DNA of 57,067 nucleotides, filler included, from Basidiobolus ranarum (lineage: Eukaryota): assembly GCA_040143965.1 (NCBI GenBank). It is 4 parts of 4 records of this genome, joined end to end, with 100 filler letters (N's around TTAATTAATTAA, not from the genome) between each part and the next. Parts side by side here need not be neighbours in the genome. Positions count along the whole stretch, not along the records: positions 1 to 14,224 come from JASJQH010000435.1; 3 more parts are not named here. One strand, 5' to 3'. Shown piece by piece: positions 1 through 12,312 of the stretch. The notes beneath the pieces are model-generated. The model made no database searches, was not told the DNA's origin, and saw only the letters and a program-made list of their open reading frames with translations. The position numbers were made by a program, and so were the translations under genes. How positions within the stretch are numbered: the first letter of the stretch is position 1; each line of letters opens with the position of its first letter.

Positions 1-2
1 CA

Positions 3-218
3 ATAGTTGAAGCATACAGCTTTACGGTTTGGAAGGACGAAGCTTTCGAATTATGGGGCGAATGGGCTAAGGTGTATGAGCCCAACGAACCCACTCGCAA
101 CTGTATTGAATCTATCATGGACAATTGGTATCTTGTTAATGTTGTGCATAACGATTATCAAGACGTTGATGCCATCTTCAAGATCTTCGATACCGATAGA
201 GCCGAATATATCCGCTAG
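3..218 (+). CDS. MTHFR: 3' end (5'-partial) of methylenetetrahydrofolate reductase, C-terminal regulatory region (Met12/Met13 family)
   Basis: Not in the ORF track. The frame from nt 3 reads IVEAYSFTVWKDEAFELWGEWAKVYEPNEPTRNCIESIMDNWYLVNVVHNDYQDVDAIFKIFDTDRAEYIR*. This matches the eukaryotic MTHFR C-terminus (PT.V...SF..WKDEAF..W..W..Y...YLVN.V.ND). Stop TAG at 216-218. Confidence 0.92.
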   Translation: MVEAYSFTVWKDEAFELWGEWAKVYEPNEPTRNCIESIMDNWYLVNVVHNDYQDVDAIFKIFDTDRAEYIR

Positions 219-3200
219 ACTAGCCTTCCCTACTTAGATTCATATGGTCATCGCCAAAGTAGAACCCTCCCCTCCCCCTTCATCACACTTTATATTAAGC
301 CATAATGGACACTCTTTAACCTAGTTAATGACTATTACTTCTACGGACACTTATTAATTTCTTTGCCACACCCGAACACTTTTATTCTTCTCGTTCATCA
401 TACAATCAAATATAAATAGTATTCAACAACGCGATCAGCAGACTCTTGAATCAGGTCTCTAATTCATATAAATTCCATATCCATATTCTCCATTTAAATG
501 AAATGAGCAAACATGAGTGAGGCCATCCAACTAAAGCAATCATATGACCATTGGCGATCGGTTACTCAATGTAATGATTCTCCGATTTATATGGCTATAT
601 TAAGGTGAGTAAGACCATGATGATAGACTCGATATTCGTGGGCACGTGAATCCACTAGGTATTCATTAACATTCGATTTGGATCGTATCACCATCAAATA
701 CCTTATCAATCATAGCCATTTGGAGACCACTCTAGGCATAATTAAAAGAGGTACTCTATGGATTTCAAGAAAAGGTGCCCTAGCCTGCTCTGATGAACGA
801 ACCCACCAACCTTACTGTTCTATTAAACAAGGCTTGGCTACCTCTATCAAGAAATCTTTGTAATGACATTTGACAGTAGAGTGGAACCGAGGATCAACAA
901 TTACAATATCTCTCCAGGGGATACTTACTATTCATCCCCTTCATGCTTAATTCAGGCTTAATACCATTAATGAGGCGCATTCTTCCCGAGCCTTCTCTGC
1001 TCTAACTATATGAGTAGTTTGTTCTTGGCAGTCATTAGTTTGGGGCAATAGCCTTACTTCAGCACTGCATTAAATCCTATTGCTCAATTGGGGGGGGCAG
1101 GATTGGGAATATCGAACACCTGGTCTTCATCTTCATGGTTACGTTTTATCCTACCAGGATCACTGATTTGTTACTCGATCCATGATTCATATTCTCCTCT
1201 CCTAATTATTGTGTATCAGCGATCTGACTCCCAATCGTTTAGCAGTGAATGTGGTTAGGAATCCAAAACCACCACATTTCAGTTGGCAACTTCACCACTT
1301 TCGTCAAATTTACATGGTAAATTTAGATGGGTTTCAGATTTCCCCTGTCTAGAAAATAAGTGGTCTGCATGCTTATAAATCACTTATCAATGTTGACCGA
1401 TCCATGCTTACATAACTTCGACACCTGTTTATGTCCAACGATGTGTTCAGGATGAAAGGGTGTAGTGAAACCTTGATTACCTTTCGCTCATCCTCAAATG
1501 AAAAGTCATACTCGTACGATGACACCTAGACTCAGACCAGGTCCGATTTGTGTCAGGTAAATAAAATGTAACTTGATTTTCAAATGAAATCCCATCATCT
1601 TAAAATGTGGGGGGAGGTAACTGCATAAACGGAATCCATCATCACTGCTTCTTATCATTTTGCATAAGAATTCATATTATCCTTGTGTGTAATGTCATTC
1701 TCTCCTTGTTAGTTAGAATGTAAATCATAAGTCACCTCCGCTTATTCAACTGTGTTCATGTGGATAAATTGGATGTGTGATTGGTTCTTACTCAATGTTT
1801 CGCCTTCTCATTGTGGTCTGAGCTGATCACTTGCAATCAACTCATGGGGTGATGGTCACTTTCATAGGTTTTCATAGTTATGAAACATGGACATACAAAT
1901 GCATCGTTGTTCTTGAAACAAGACTGCTTTGTATGAACAAGGGAGGCAACTGAACAATGCATAGCATGTGTGTACAAATGGATCACTACAATTGTATGTA
2001 GAGTGGTGTTGCTATAAGAAACAGATAATGATAGATCAGTGTGATAAATGGCACAGACTGGGATTACAATCATAAACTTGGTATTAGCCATGCATTAAAA
2101 GTAACTCCGGTTGTGTAGGTTAATACTGGGATTTGCCTGGTCAACAAATAACTGCCTTGATTTCAAGTAATCAATAGTTCTAAAATGAACGTTGATCCTT
2201 AAATATTCTATTTAGTCTTTAATAGCATCAAGTGGAATGAAGGTTGATGTACATAATGGATTACCCTATATTAACTATAGGATGTACCTCAGCACATGAT
2301 CATCACTTGTATCTCCATAAACTCTCCAGTTGGCATTAATCTGTGAAGTGCTCACTTGCACTCTATACATACAGCCAACCCTTCTAATTCTTAGAATACA
2401 TAGTACTACATAACTGGATCTCAGGGTAATATATATCTTGAATCTTTGACTGCGTTCAAGTAAAATATCAATGGGAGTGGAGACTAAGGTTTTACGTAAT
2501 GCAATAGTATAGTTACAGAATTGCATATTAATAAAAATAATAGTTTTGTACATGTTTCATTACGATGATCCTAGAATCTAGCTCGAGAATTGAACATTTT
2601 TTCGAAATTTCTATTCAAAAATTGATATTAGAACTGCATGCTCTTTACTCTGTTCACAGATATAACAAATGTAAACATTACAATATACAAATAAAGTGGA
2701 CATTAAAGCTCTTTACTCTGTTCAAACAGTTACGTCACTACTAGTCCATAGGAACTAATGTTCTCATTAACCATGTCATGCAAGACGATCTTTGAATAAG
2801 TTCAACACGAATTCAATGGACTTTGGTTTGGATGTTCCTATCTCCCTTGTGAAAGGTATGCTTATTCAGTTTCGCCAAGAAGACTGGCCAATTCAAGAAG
2901 CCACTACAGTGCAGACTGTAGGTCGGAAAGTGAAATGAAGGTTATAGCCAACCTATGCAGCACAACGAAGCCTCTAAAAAACCAGGCTAAAACACCAAGC
3001 TATGATGCCATCCTACATCACCTTTCGCTACAAATGACAAGTAACCACATGACTTGGCAGGAAGATGAACATACATAAAAAGACTGGTCTAATGCTAATA
3101 GAATTCTCACAAGTAACTGGCTTCAACACCAACGATTTCTACTCGGAACTCTTGGTCAATAAATCACCTTTCTTGACTTCTCTAAACCCTTAACCCATCC

Positions 3201-4728
3201 TTTAGTAACATTTCAGTTCAATTTGATATCGGATTTCAATCCAATCATGCTTCAGCAAAGGGAGAAAATTTATTCACTTCAATTTTACAAAGAAATACTA
3301 GATCCATTTATATCATTTAATTGTAATCCGGGAATATATTTGTCCACACACATTGGATCACGAACAAGGTCACAGTTGATTGAGGGATTTTTTCTAGGTT
3401 TATAATAACATCGAACAAATCTGGGGTTGTGTGGAGTACTGAATCTACTGCTAGAGCGAAATGGATACGATTTTACTGGATAGGCAATGAGTTTTACAGG
3501 ACTTGATCCATTCCCTTGATCACATGACCACGCTGCTTTTGTTAAGCTGTGATTGAGAATCATTCACCTTCTTGTATGTCAAGAGTAGAATGTGTAACAG
3601 TCTTCACAGTAGCGTCCATTCAGGCTTCTCAATCCCGAGTCAAGATGGTGGGGCTTTTCAATCCTCGGCCGTTAAGTGTCTTGCCATTTAAAATCCATAC
3701 AACACCTTTCAGTTATGGTAGCACAAAATCATCATACAGAGTCTAGTCCAGTCGTCGTAAATGATCACAAACTTCTCATACAACTTTAAACTCTTCCATG
3801 AACAGTTCGCCAACAAGCAAAAGTATCTCTGCTATGAGAAGAGGTGTTGAAGGTAACGATGAAGAGGACGGTTCGGCCATCGAAGGTTACTTCCACTTTT
3901 ATGATGTAACTGCTTGGCTCCTTCGCACCTGAGGCTTGTTGCTTCAAGGTTTGTCTAGATTCTCCGTGCAATCTTCGGTGTATTTCAAATAGAGCGAGAC
4001 TCAACAATCCCAGGGCATGAAAGTCCTCGTTACACAAGGGCTTATAAGGCAATCCTCCTCTGAAGAGGAAGGATTCATCAATTCATGGTTGCACCACCGA
4101 CAGCAGAGTTTACATGCATGCCAAATCAAATATTCTAGAACCTGAGTTGTATTGTAAAATGGAATTGATTGCTAAGTGACAATTTGCGCCTTGGAAATCC
4201 TAAAACTCCCTCAATTCGCATGGGCTTTCCCAGAGCTACCCTGCGACTACGTTAAGATCCATGGAGTTTGTACCGTTCAAGATTGCTGCACCATGAGATT
4301 GCAACACAATGGCTACTGTCCATTGGTTAAGGCTAAATTCCACTACACAATAGCAACAGAAAACAGGCAGTTCAGTCTAGGTGTACTTAAACATCACTGA
4401 CTTGGATCTCCTCATCTTAAGGAAAGTTTAATCCAAACTGACCCTCAGGTTAATTTAAGTAAGGTATGATCCAGCCGGGAAAATGCCATTCTAGATTGAT
4501 TTACAATTGAACTCCAGATAAAATTCCATTTCATGTCATAAATTACACAACAAACATGGAATAAAAATTCGATACCTCAGAAAAAGTAAACGGGTTCAAG
4601 CCAAAAACTTCAAACTTTTGTACATTCGCGCTTGGTCAATTTTTTGAAAACGAAAGTACCCCCTCCCCTCCTTCACCCCCGCCTTTTTTAGTTCATTTTT
4701 TTACAACCGCTAGTTCACTTGCCACTCA

Positions 4729-7700
4729 ATGTTTATGGCACAACTGAACTTCGTAAACATTGTGGTGTGTCAACAGTGTCGACTTAGAGGGTCCCTTTTT
4801 AGAGTGCGTCGTTATCCTTCCCCATTTTCTCGTCGTCGAACCGAGCTCCGTTTACTTACAACCCAGTCTAAAAAGCTGGAGAATCGCTCTTCTATTGGGT
4901 CGAAAAGACAAGAAAGTATCTCGTTACAAAGCTCCACATCCACCCCTTTCCCCGTCCTCGATTCCCCACAGACTGACCCAAGATCTTCTCAACTTCGAGA
5001 ACCCCTTCAAACTCGGAAAGCTGCTTTTAAAAACCTCCTTCTGTTGATAAAATCCCAGGGAACGGAGTCCATCTCAAGTGAACAATTTACCCCTCTACTA
5101 CAAGTCCTCAATAATACGGGTATCCATCGCACGGATCATACTTTGGCTACACATGTTCTTGAATATCTGACGAATAGCAAGCTAAAGCTGGAGAAAGCAG
5201 AGGACTATACTACGTTAATAGAGTTTTTTGGAAGAAATGGAAAACTAACAGAGGCTAAGGAGAAATTATTCGAAATGAAAAAGCATAGTATTCAGCCAGA
5301 TCTTGCTGGTTACACTAAGTTACTTCGTTTGTTCGGAAAAGAGGACTCCAATGAAGCATTTGAACTTTACAAAACCATGTTAAACCAAGGAATACTCCCT
5401 GATAATTCGGTATACCACATATTGTTGAGATATTGTGTAGAACAAAAGAATTCCAAATTATTAGCCTCACTTCACGCCGAGTTGATCCATCGTAAAATTC
5501 CTTTGAGTTTCGAGATACGGAACCTTTTGATCTCTGGTTATTGTAGAAATTGGGATCTAGAAAAAGTCCAACAGTTACTCGATACATTTCAACGAAATCA
5601 CTCCTCATTAAGTGTTAAAACCTATAATTTATTAATGAATTCACTGGTCAACTCCTCTTGTACTAAAGAGGCACTTTTAGTATTCGACCAAATGGCCCAA
5701 CATAGAATAATCCCGAACGCTCAAACTTCATCTATACTTGCAAATATTTTCACCAAACTATCGGCTACTTCATCATTGGTGATATCCTACATGGACCGGG
5801 CGAAAGTCTATGGTAATCCATTGAATATCATCGCCTTCAATTCCCTGTTGACTACCTACATCAAACAGTCAGATAGGTCCTCCACGCTTCACGTTTATGA
5901 ATATATGATCGCTAACAATATTCACCCAGATCGTGGGAGTTGTAATCACATTCTGGATGCCCTGGTAAAGAGTACGAAAATGGATGAAGCCGAGGGGCTG
6001 GTCAAATCCATGATCTCGCGAGGCATCCAGCCGAGTACCTTGACCTACAATATTCTCATCAACGGGTGGGCACGAAGCTCCAATATGCTCAAAGCAAAGG
6101 AGCTTTTCGAAGAGATGTTGGAGCGTGAGTTGGTTCCATCCGCTTCCACCTACACTATACTGTTGAATGGATTCGCTAGAACTAGGAATTCCGAAGAAAT
6201 CTCTCGACTCTGCCGGGATATGAAAGAGCGTGGTGTGATGCCGGATGCTAAATTCTTCACCTCGCAGATTCACTCGTTCATCCGGTTCGGAGAGTTCGAT
6301 CGGGGAATTCAAGCCTATCGAAAGATGCTCAAGTGTAATATTGTGCCTGATATTATGACATACTCAACCGTGATCGAAGCTTATATGAGGCAGACAAAGG
6401 TGAAGGAGGCGATTGAGGTGTTTGAGAAAATGAAAGCTCAAGAAATCCAACCCAATGCGATTGTATATACGAACGTATTGCACGGTTTTCTTCAGCAATC
6501 CATGTTTCAAGAGGCTTTACAAATCTTCAATACAATGCAACAAAACCATCTTCAACCCGATATCGTGGCTTATACCGTCATGATCGGTTCATATCTACAA
6601 AAACCCGATATCCCGGAGGCTTTGATGCTCTACAAGCGAATCCTTTCCTCAGGAAAGAAGCCGGATCTGATACTCTATACCACACTTCTTCGCGGTCTCT
6701 CGGCAAAGTCTTCTACTGAGCAGATTCTTGGTCTTTTCGGCCTAATGAAGAAGCAAGGATTTCTCCCTGATTTGAAAGCATACAACACTTTGATCAATGC
6801 GTTGGTAAAGAAGAGAAACATCCCCGGAGCGATGCAAGTCTTTCTTGACATGCAATCTCATAATGTTAAACCAGACGTGCCGACGTACACTACGGTGATA
6901 CAAGGGTATGTGGTGCTCAACAAGATCCCAGAGGCGTTGGAGTTATACAAGGAAATGTCAACGCGAAACATCTCCCCTAATGTGTATACTTTCACATCAT
7001 TGATCAACGGATTTGCGAAAAACTCCGATATGAACAGTGTCTTCAGCTTTCTCCAAGAAATGTTGGACCGTGGCCTATACCCCAATGAAATCACTTATGT
7101 GGCGTTAATCAACGCTTGTGCCCTACGGTCGGATATGGTGCGAGCGATGAAGCTTTATCAGAATATGCTTTCGTACAATCTAAAGCCCAACATTCAAATA
7201 TACACTTCGTTAATTCAAGGGTTTGCCAGGGTTTTGGACATGGAGAGTGGGTCACTTATTCTGAAAGAAATGTTCGTCTCTGGTATAAAGCCTGATGTTA
7301 GAGCATACTCGGTGATCATTGCCGGGTTCATGGCTCAAGGAGATACTGAGCGCGCCATGTCAGTGTATCGTGATATGGTGCTGGGGAATATAGAGCCTGA
7401 TCTAAATCTCTACACCATCCTTATTGACGGTCATGCCAAGATATCCGAAATGGACCGAGCACTGGTTTTGTTTGACGAAATGAAATCCAAAGGAATCCAG
7501 CGAGACGTTTGCATGTATACAGCCCTGATCAACGGCTACTCCCGAGATTCAGATATGAAAAGGGCAATGCAACTTTTCCAAGAGATGTTGGCCGAGAATA
7601 TTCGTCCAGACGTTAAGATTTATACCAGTTTGATCAGTGGCTACGCTAAAGTAGCTGATCTTCATGGAGCACGTAGGTTGTTCGAGGATATGACAACAAG

Positions 7701-7761
7701 AGGGATTCTTCCGGATAACTATTTGTATAATATCATGAACTATGCACGGACAAAATCATAA
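4729..7761 (+). CDS. P-class pentatricopeptide repeat protein (24 tandem PPR motifs), probably mitochondrial; intronless
   Basis: 1010-aa ORF with consecutive ~35-aa repeats such as VPTYTTVIQGYVVLNKIPEALELYKEMSTRNISPN. The Arg/Ser-rich, acid-poor N-terminus resembles a mitochondrial presequence. No E/DYW tail. Confidence 0.96.
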   Translation: MFMAQLNFVNIVVCQQCRLRGSLFRVRRYPSPFSRRRTELRLLTTQSKKLENRSSIGSKRQESISLQSSTSTPFPVLDSPQTDPRSSQLREPLQTRKAAFKNLLLLIKSQGTESISSEQFTPLLQVLNNTGIHRTDHTLATHVLEYLTNSKLKLEKAEDYTTLIEFFGRNGKLTEAKEKLFEMKKHSIQPDLAGYTKLLRLFGKEDSNEAFELYKTMLNQGILPDNSVYHILLRYCVEQKNSKLLASLHAELIHRKIPLSFEIRNLLISGYCRNWDLEKVQQLLDTFQRNHSSLSVKTYNLLMNSLVNSSCTKEALLVFDQMAQHRIIPNAQTSSILANIFTKLSATSSLVISYMDRAKVYGNPLNIIAFNSLLTTYIKQSDRSSTLHVYEYMIANNIHPDRGSCNHILDALVKSTKMDEAEGLVKSMISRGIQPSTLTYNILINGWARSSNMLKAKELFEEMLERELVPSASTYTILLNGFARTRNSEEISRLCRDMKERGVMPDAKFFTSQIHSFIRFGEFDRGIQAYRKMLKCNIVPDIMTYSTVIEAYMRQTKVKEAIEVFEKMKAQEIQPNAIVYTNVLHGFLQQSMFQEALQIFNTMQQNHLQPDIVAYTVMIGSYLQKPDIPEALMLYKRILSSGKKPDLILYTTLLRGLSAKSSTEQILGLFGLMKKQGFLPDLKAYNTLINALVKKRNIPGAMQVFLDMQSHNVKPDVPTYTTVIQGYVVLNKIPEALELYKEMSTRNISPNVYTFTSLINGFAKNSDMNSVFSFLQEMLDRGLYPNEITYVALINACALRSDMVRAMKLYQNMLSYNLKPNIQIYTSLIQGFARVLDMESGSLILKEMFVSGIKPDVRAYSVIIAGFMAQGDTERAMSVYRDMVLGNIEPDLNLYTILIDGHAKISEMDRALVLFDEMKSKGIQRDVCMYTALINGYSRDSDMKRAMQLFQEMLAENIRPDVKIYTSLISGYAKVADLHGARRLFEDMTTRGILPDNYLYNIMNYARTKS

Positions 7762-9636
7762 CTCCCTTGGAGTCCGTTTCTATAACTTATTTTATTGTCC
7801 TCATATTCGCTTCTATATGCTATGCTTTCCCCACTTCTTCCCTTCCCCGTACCACATTCATCAACCTCCACATATCACTCACCACTTCACTCAAGCATTT
7901 CCTTTTTCATGTCCATTTTTATCTCGCTAGCAATGCATTTCATATCCATTCATTCACCTTATCGACACGAAACAGAACACTCCCTTCATATCATAAAAAT
8001 CCCAAGATATATTCCTCTTCAGACATGACTCATCCCACTTCTGTTGTGTGTTTTCCCTTCTATATACACGTTTTGACGACAATCCTTAATACCCTTCCGT
8101 TATAGACAAAAGATTTTGTAATTACGCAAAGATAAAACCCACTCCTTCCTTCCGTTACTGCGTAAAAGATAGCATGGAAAATATACGATAGATAAATCAC
8201 TAGTTCTCAACAGGCACGGTGATGCCAGTTGTGAAGTGTAACTCTAACATATAAGTGCCTTTCAAGTGGCCATTCTAGAACCTTGCAACGCTAAAGACTG
8301 CTACATAGCACATATATGATTGGATTAGGAATCAATTCCTACCAATGCCTGAATCACCCTTTTTCACCAGTTTCTATGCTAGTGCCCATTCGAGAGGATA
8401 TACAAATTGAAGTATTGTGGGGAAGGGGGTCGCTTCTATCCCCCGTAAAAGTAGACCAGCCCACTTTCAAATTCACTAACCTCACTTAGACAGAACCCAG
8501 AGATTGCGATGAAACCCATTTGTGAACAAGTGGACAATAACGCCAATCTACGGTACTGTTAGAAGATACCTCTCTAGACACCATACAAAACCCTCCGATC
8601 TATGAACCTGAAACCACCAGAGGGGTGAATCGTATCATATCGAGATGAGATTGACTCCAATAATAGCAATACCTCGCATTATCGTCAGCGATTAACATCC
8701 TACTTGCATGTAATAACAATCAAATTCCTACTCATCCATGGGCTACAAGTCCCTGCCGAATATAGTGGTCTGGCTGAGCATGCTTGATCCATGCAAAGTA
8801 TTTGTAAAGGATTTTCCAATTAGAGTCTGGGATCTTCTCAAAACCCTATGAATCATATTTGTGTGATTAGGGTCTAGGGTGATGGCCCACCAGTAACCAA
8901 GTGATCTGGGATATTTGAGAAGCATATCCAGATCTGATCGATTTGAGGTCAACAGCAAGTAAAGCTCACATCTAGTGATATTCATGCACCGTAGCACGGT
9001 CTGACTTCCATGTAATTATCCCACTTTCACTTTCACCTTCGCCCTTCTCCCTACGGTTGATCCATATCGTGCAGCAAAGTCGCATCATATTTCGGAGAGG
9101 AAATGAGTCTCGGCAGGAAGAGATTCTTTGGAAATTCCAAGGAAATCATTCAGAATCCTCAATAAAACACTGTCTTGTCTGATGTACCACTCTTGGGCAA
9201 ACTCCTGCCAATTGCTTCGCCTCTATACGACCCCCATACATTCACGGGAAAACTGATTCCATATGATTAGATCATATCCGTTTCATGCTATTAGCAACCG
9301 ATGATCAGTCCTTCTTCCATAATCGTATTTCCAAGGAGAATCCGGTGAATGATTGGCCTTGAGGTATGGGAGTAAAGCATCTCATACAGTGTAATTTTAA
9401 AGTAGTGAAGCTATTCTGCTCTAGCCCAATGGTGATGCGATTAAAATGAGATGCGTACTCCTTTAATTCAAACGACGATCTGTTCTTAACCAATGGACCA
9501 TTCAAGTGTCGTTCATTGATTTGTATTTAAGAAACTTGTTTCCTATCCTTCTCATCACCAGTACAGCTTTCTGAACCTTTTCCCACTTGGAACTGCTCGC
9601 TATAGACCCATTTCTCTTTTCAGCAATTCAATAGCA

Positions 9637-10152
9637 ATGACTAAATATCCGACTAGAAAATCCGTACGTTACACAACCACACAACCAACCGTAGCTCCTT
9701 TGAACATCTACGAGATCGGGGAGAGCATTCGTGCTATGGATAACAAGTATAGTACCAGCTTTCAACTCTGGATACGAGACTCTTCCAATGCCCAATGTAT
9801 TGGGTTGAGGCTTCGCAGATTAAGCGAGGAATGCAGTGTCGATCAACTTGCTCAGGCAATGAGATGGATAGCTGAGGGATGGTGTGAGAGTTACTGTCGT
9901 GTGCTCTTCCAACATCTGACTTATCGATGGTCTGAGGAGCAGAAAAAGTCTCTCATTGACGAGCTACTAAGGCCAACATCAACAAAAACATACAAGCTGC
10001 CGCCTATGAGAAACACAAGATATGCTGCAAGACAATCCCCCTATGTATTAACTGAAAGAAAGCAGTCAGTCTCCTACTCAAATAGCGAACGAATCTCCGT
10101 CTCCAATCTAGTGAACACTAGTAGTAGAGACGGCAATAGTGAGCAACCATGA
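9637..10152 (+). CDS. Hypothetical 171-aa protein
   Basis: ATG in GCAATG context after a pyrimidine-rich leader, with TATTTAAG about 110 nt upstream. Protein-like helical core with Trp periodicity. No family recognised. Confidence 0.6.
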   Translation: MTKYPTRKSVRYTTTQPTVAPLNIYEIGESIRAMDNKYSTSFQLWIRDSSNAQCIGLRLRRLSEECSVDQLAQAMRWIAEGWCESYCRVLFQHLTYRWSEEQKKSLIDELLRPTSTKTYKLPPMRNTRYAARQSPYVLTERKQSVSYSNSERISVSNLVNTSSRDGNSEQP

Positions 10153-11993
10153 GCAACCATGGAGATCCCAAAATCCAAAACCTGTAACCTATCTGTAGAT
10201 TGAATAGGTTGCTCCTCAACAATCTGAATCCAACTGATCAATGAGAGCATTCTATTGTACATGCTGTGGTGAAATTGACATTTCTCCAAGCGCCCATAGA
10301 CTCATGTTTTTCGTATTCTTTGTTAGATCTTCTCATCGTTCACTTGTGACTTAGGTGCGCAAATGCTCTCCTATTTATGTACCATATGATCTCCCCAAAT
10401 AGCAACCTCAGTATCAAAAGTAAATAATTAACTAAATATACCAATATTCTCATACCTCAGCTGATCATGTATCGTCTCACTGAGAACCAACCTCCATCAG
10501 TCAATAAACTTGTGTACAAAGATTTTCCTGATCGTGGCCCACGCAACGTCGCTAGTCAGAATAGGCTGACTAGTGTCCAAACTATCTATCATCCCTAAAT
10601 TGGGTGTGATTAAAGGGGTGTCAAGTGAAATCGATCGTCGTTCCATATTCCCTTAATGTAGATAGAGGAATGGAATACTTGCGATCTGCAAATTAATTAA
10701 CAACGGATGGTAACTACAAATGCAGTAACTCTAGTATGGTAAGATGAATGAAGAGTGACATTAAACCCACAATCCTGAGAAGAGACAGTGCAGTTGTTTT
10801 CATTCTCTTGAGGCTCTGTGTCTCTTTCACAGGGTAATCCACGCGGTAATTTCAGTAAGTTCATCTATAGCACCAATGAGCATGCAGAGTAAATGCTATC
10901 CTTAAGAATCTCTTTTACTGCGACTTTCAACTATTTGCTCTTCAAAACGACCAGTATCTTAAGGCTTGAAGCAGGGATATCCAACACACAATGTGATCGT
11001 ATGATCGAATGGGGATAACACCAATCCTCTACAAGATAATCCTAGCTATGTAACCTGATTCTCTTTGAGATCGAATAAATGTGATGTTCTCTTCCGAATA
11101 GATCCCATTGTGGATTTTGATGCACCTTTCTCGAAACGGATGATACATCAGATCATGTATTAGATTATGAGACTATCAGTGAAACTACGATCCACATTGT
11201 CATCAGTTGGATGGAAACGAAGCAGGATACGCACCAAGTCTTAACATGAGGTGCTACTTACAAACGCACTGATGAAGCAACGAATTAGAATTCGTATTAA
11301 CGCAGAATGTAGCAGAGCTGTCGCAACTCCTTGCAATTGTCTGAATATTCTGGGTTGATCCATCCTCTATGCTTCAACCCAAACCATTACTAAAACTCAC
11401 TTGCATCGGACATACTTTCAACAACTGACCTTCCTAGAACGTTAATCGACAGTAGGGAAATGATCACAGCCCAGACGCAATGACCAGCATTGCCAGCTAC
11501 GCTTCCTGTTTAGTATTCTTGAGGTGAGATTCTGGAACTGCATTGCAACTTCACAGGGCTATATTGCTTTGCTTATCAAATACTGTGCTTTCATAAGCTG
11601 CTCTAAAAATGAATATGGATCACTTGGTAGAATGACCTCGTGCTGATTCGTAAGCACCAATGAGTTGCAATATTATTGGCTGCACAACTGTTGCAAGCAT
11701 AGTTTCGTACATATAGGTTTCTGCTGATAATACAAGCTGTCAGGGTGATATACACACTTGACAGAAAGAGTAGCCATATATTACACGAGCACAACAAAGG
11801 AATATCTGCTTAACTATTGCTGTTACAGCAATCCTCACAACCCTTCCACAAAGTACAGCTTTACGGAGTCAATTACCATTATGAGTGTGAATATATGTAC
11901 AAATATAAGTTAACTGCAATCTAAGAAATTTTGATGCAGGAATCCTCAACTAGTCTCTTGCATGCACTGGCAAGTATCTATGTAGTATATACT

Positions 11994-12312
11994 GTTGAAA
12001 TATTTTGGGAGTTGTTGGAAGTGATTTGAAGAGCTAGAGGAGTTGGTGCTTTTCACTTGTCGATTTATTGAGTAGAAAGTTGACATTTATAGTTTTGTCA
12101 AGAGGTAAACAAAAAAATATGTGGAATGTACTAAGAAAGGTCCCAGGAACATGTGTGCAAAGTTTGGGGCCTCTAGGACAAGTTTGAAAAATCTTCCAAG
12201 TAAATTCCGATTTGGATTAGTAGGTGATATCTTGGTGAAAAATTGAACAACCAAATACTAAGCTATTTATGACTATATAGATGCTTAGGTTATGCTAATT
12301 TCAACATTTACT
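11994..12312. repeat. Dispersed ~320-bp non-coding repeat, copy A
   Basis: Collinear similarity to 53861-54204 and 42899-43280. Shared blocks: TTGTTGGAAGTG, GATTTATTGAGTAGA.AGTTGACAT.TATAGTTTTGT, GGTCCCAGGAACA.GTGTGC.AAGTTTGGG, ATGCT.ATTTCAA. Confidence 0.85.

Noticed and set aside
7..237. 76-aa track ORF
   Set aside because: Wrong frame; the frame starting at nt 3 encodes the MTHFR C-terminus.
2640..2724. 17-bp direct repeat GCTCTTTACTCTGTTCA at 2640 and 2708
   Set aside because: Only two copies; a local duplication, not a CRISPR array (eukaryotic context, no cas genes).
560..4400. Possible decayed transposon or gene remnants (broken coding-like stretches on both strands)
   Set aside because: No RT (YxDD), integrase, gag knuckle or transposase motif could be read convincingly. 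Needs a TBLASTX/HMM search.
7742..8105. Three overlapping short ORFs after the PPR gene
   Set aside because: Pyrimidine-rich 3' UTR-like sequence that is open in several frames by composition.
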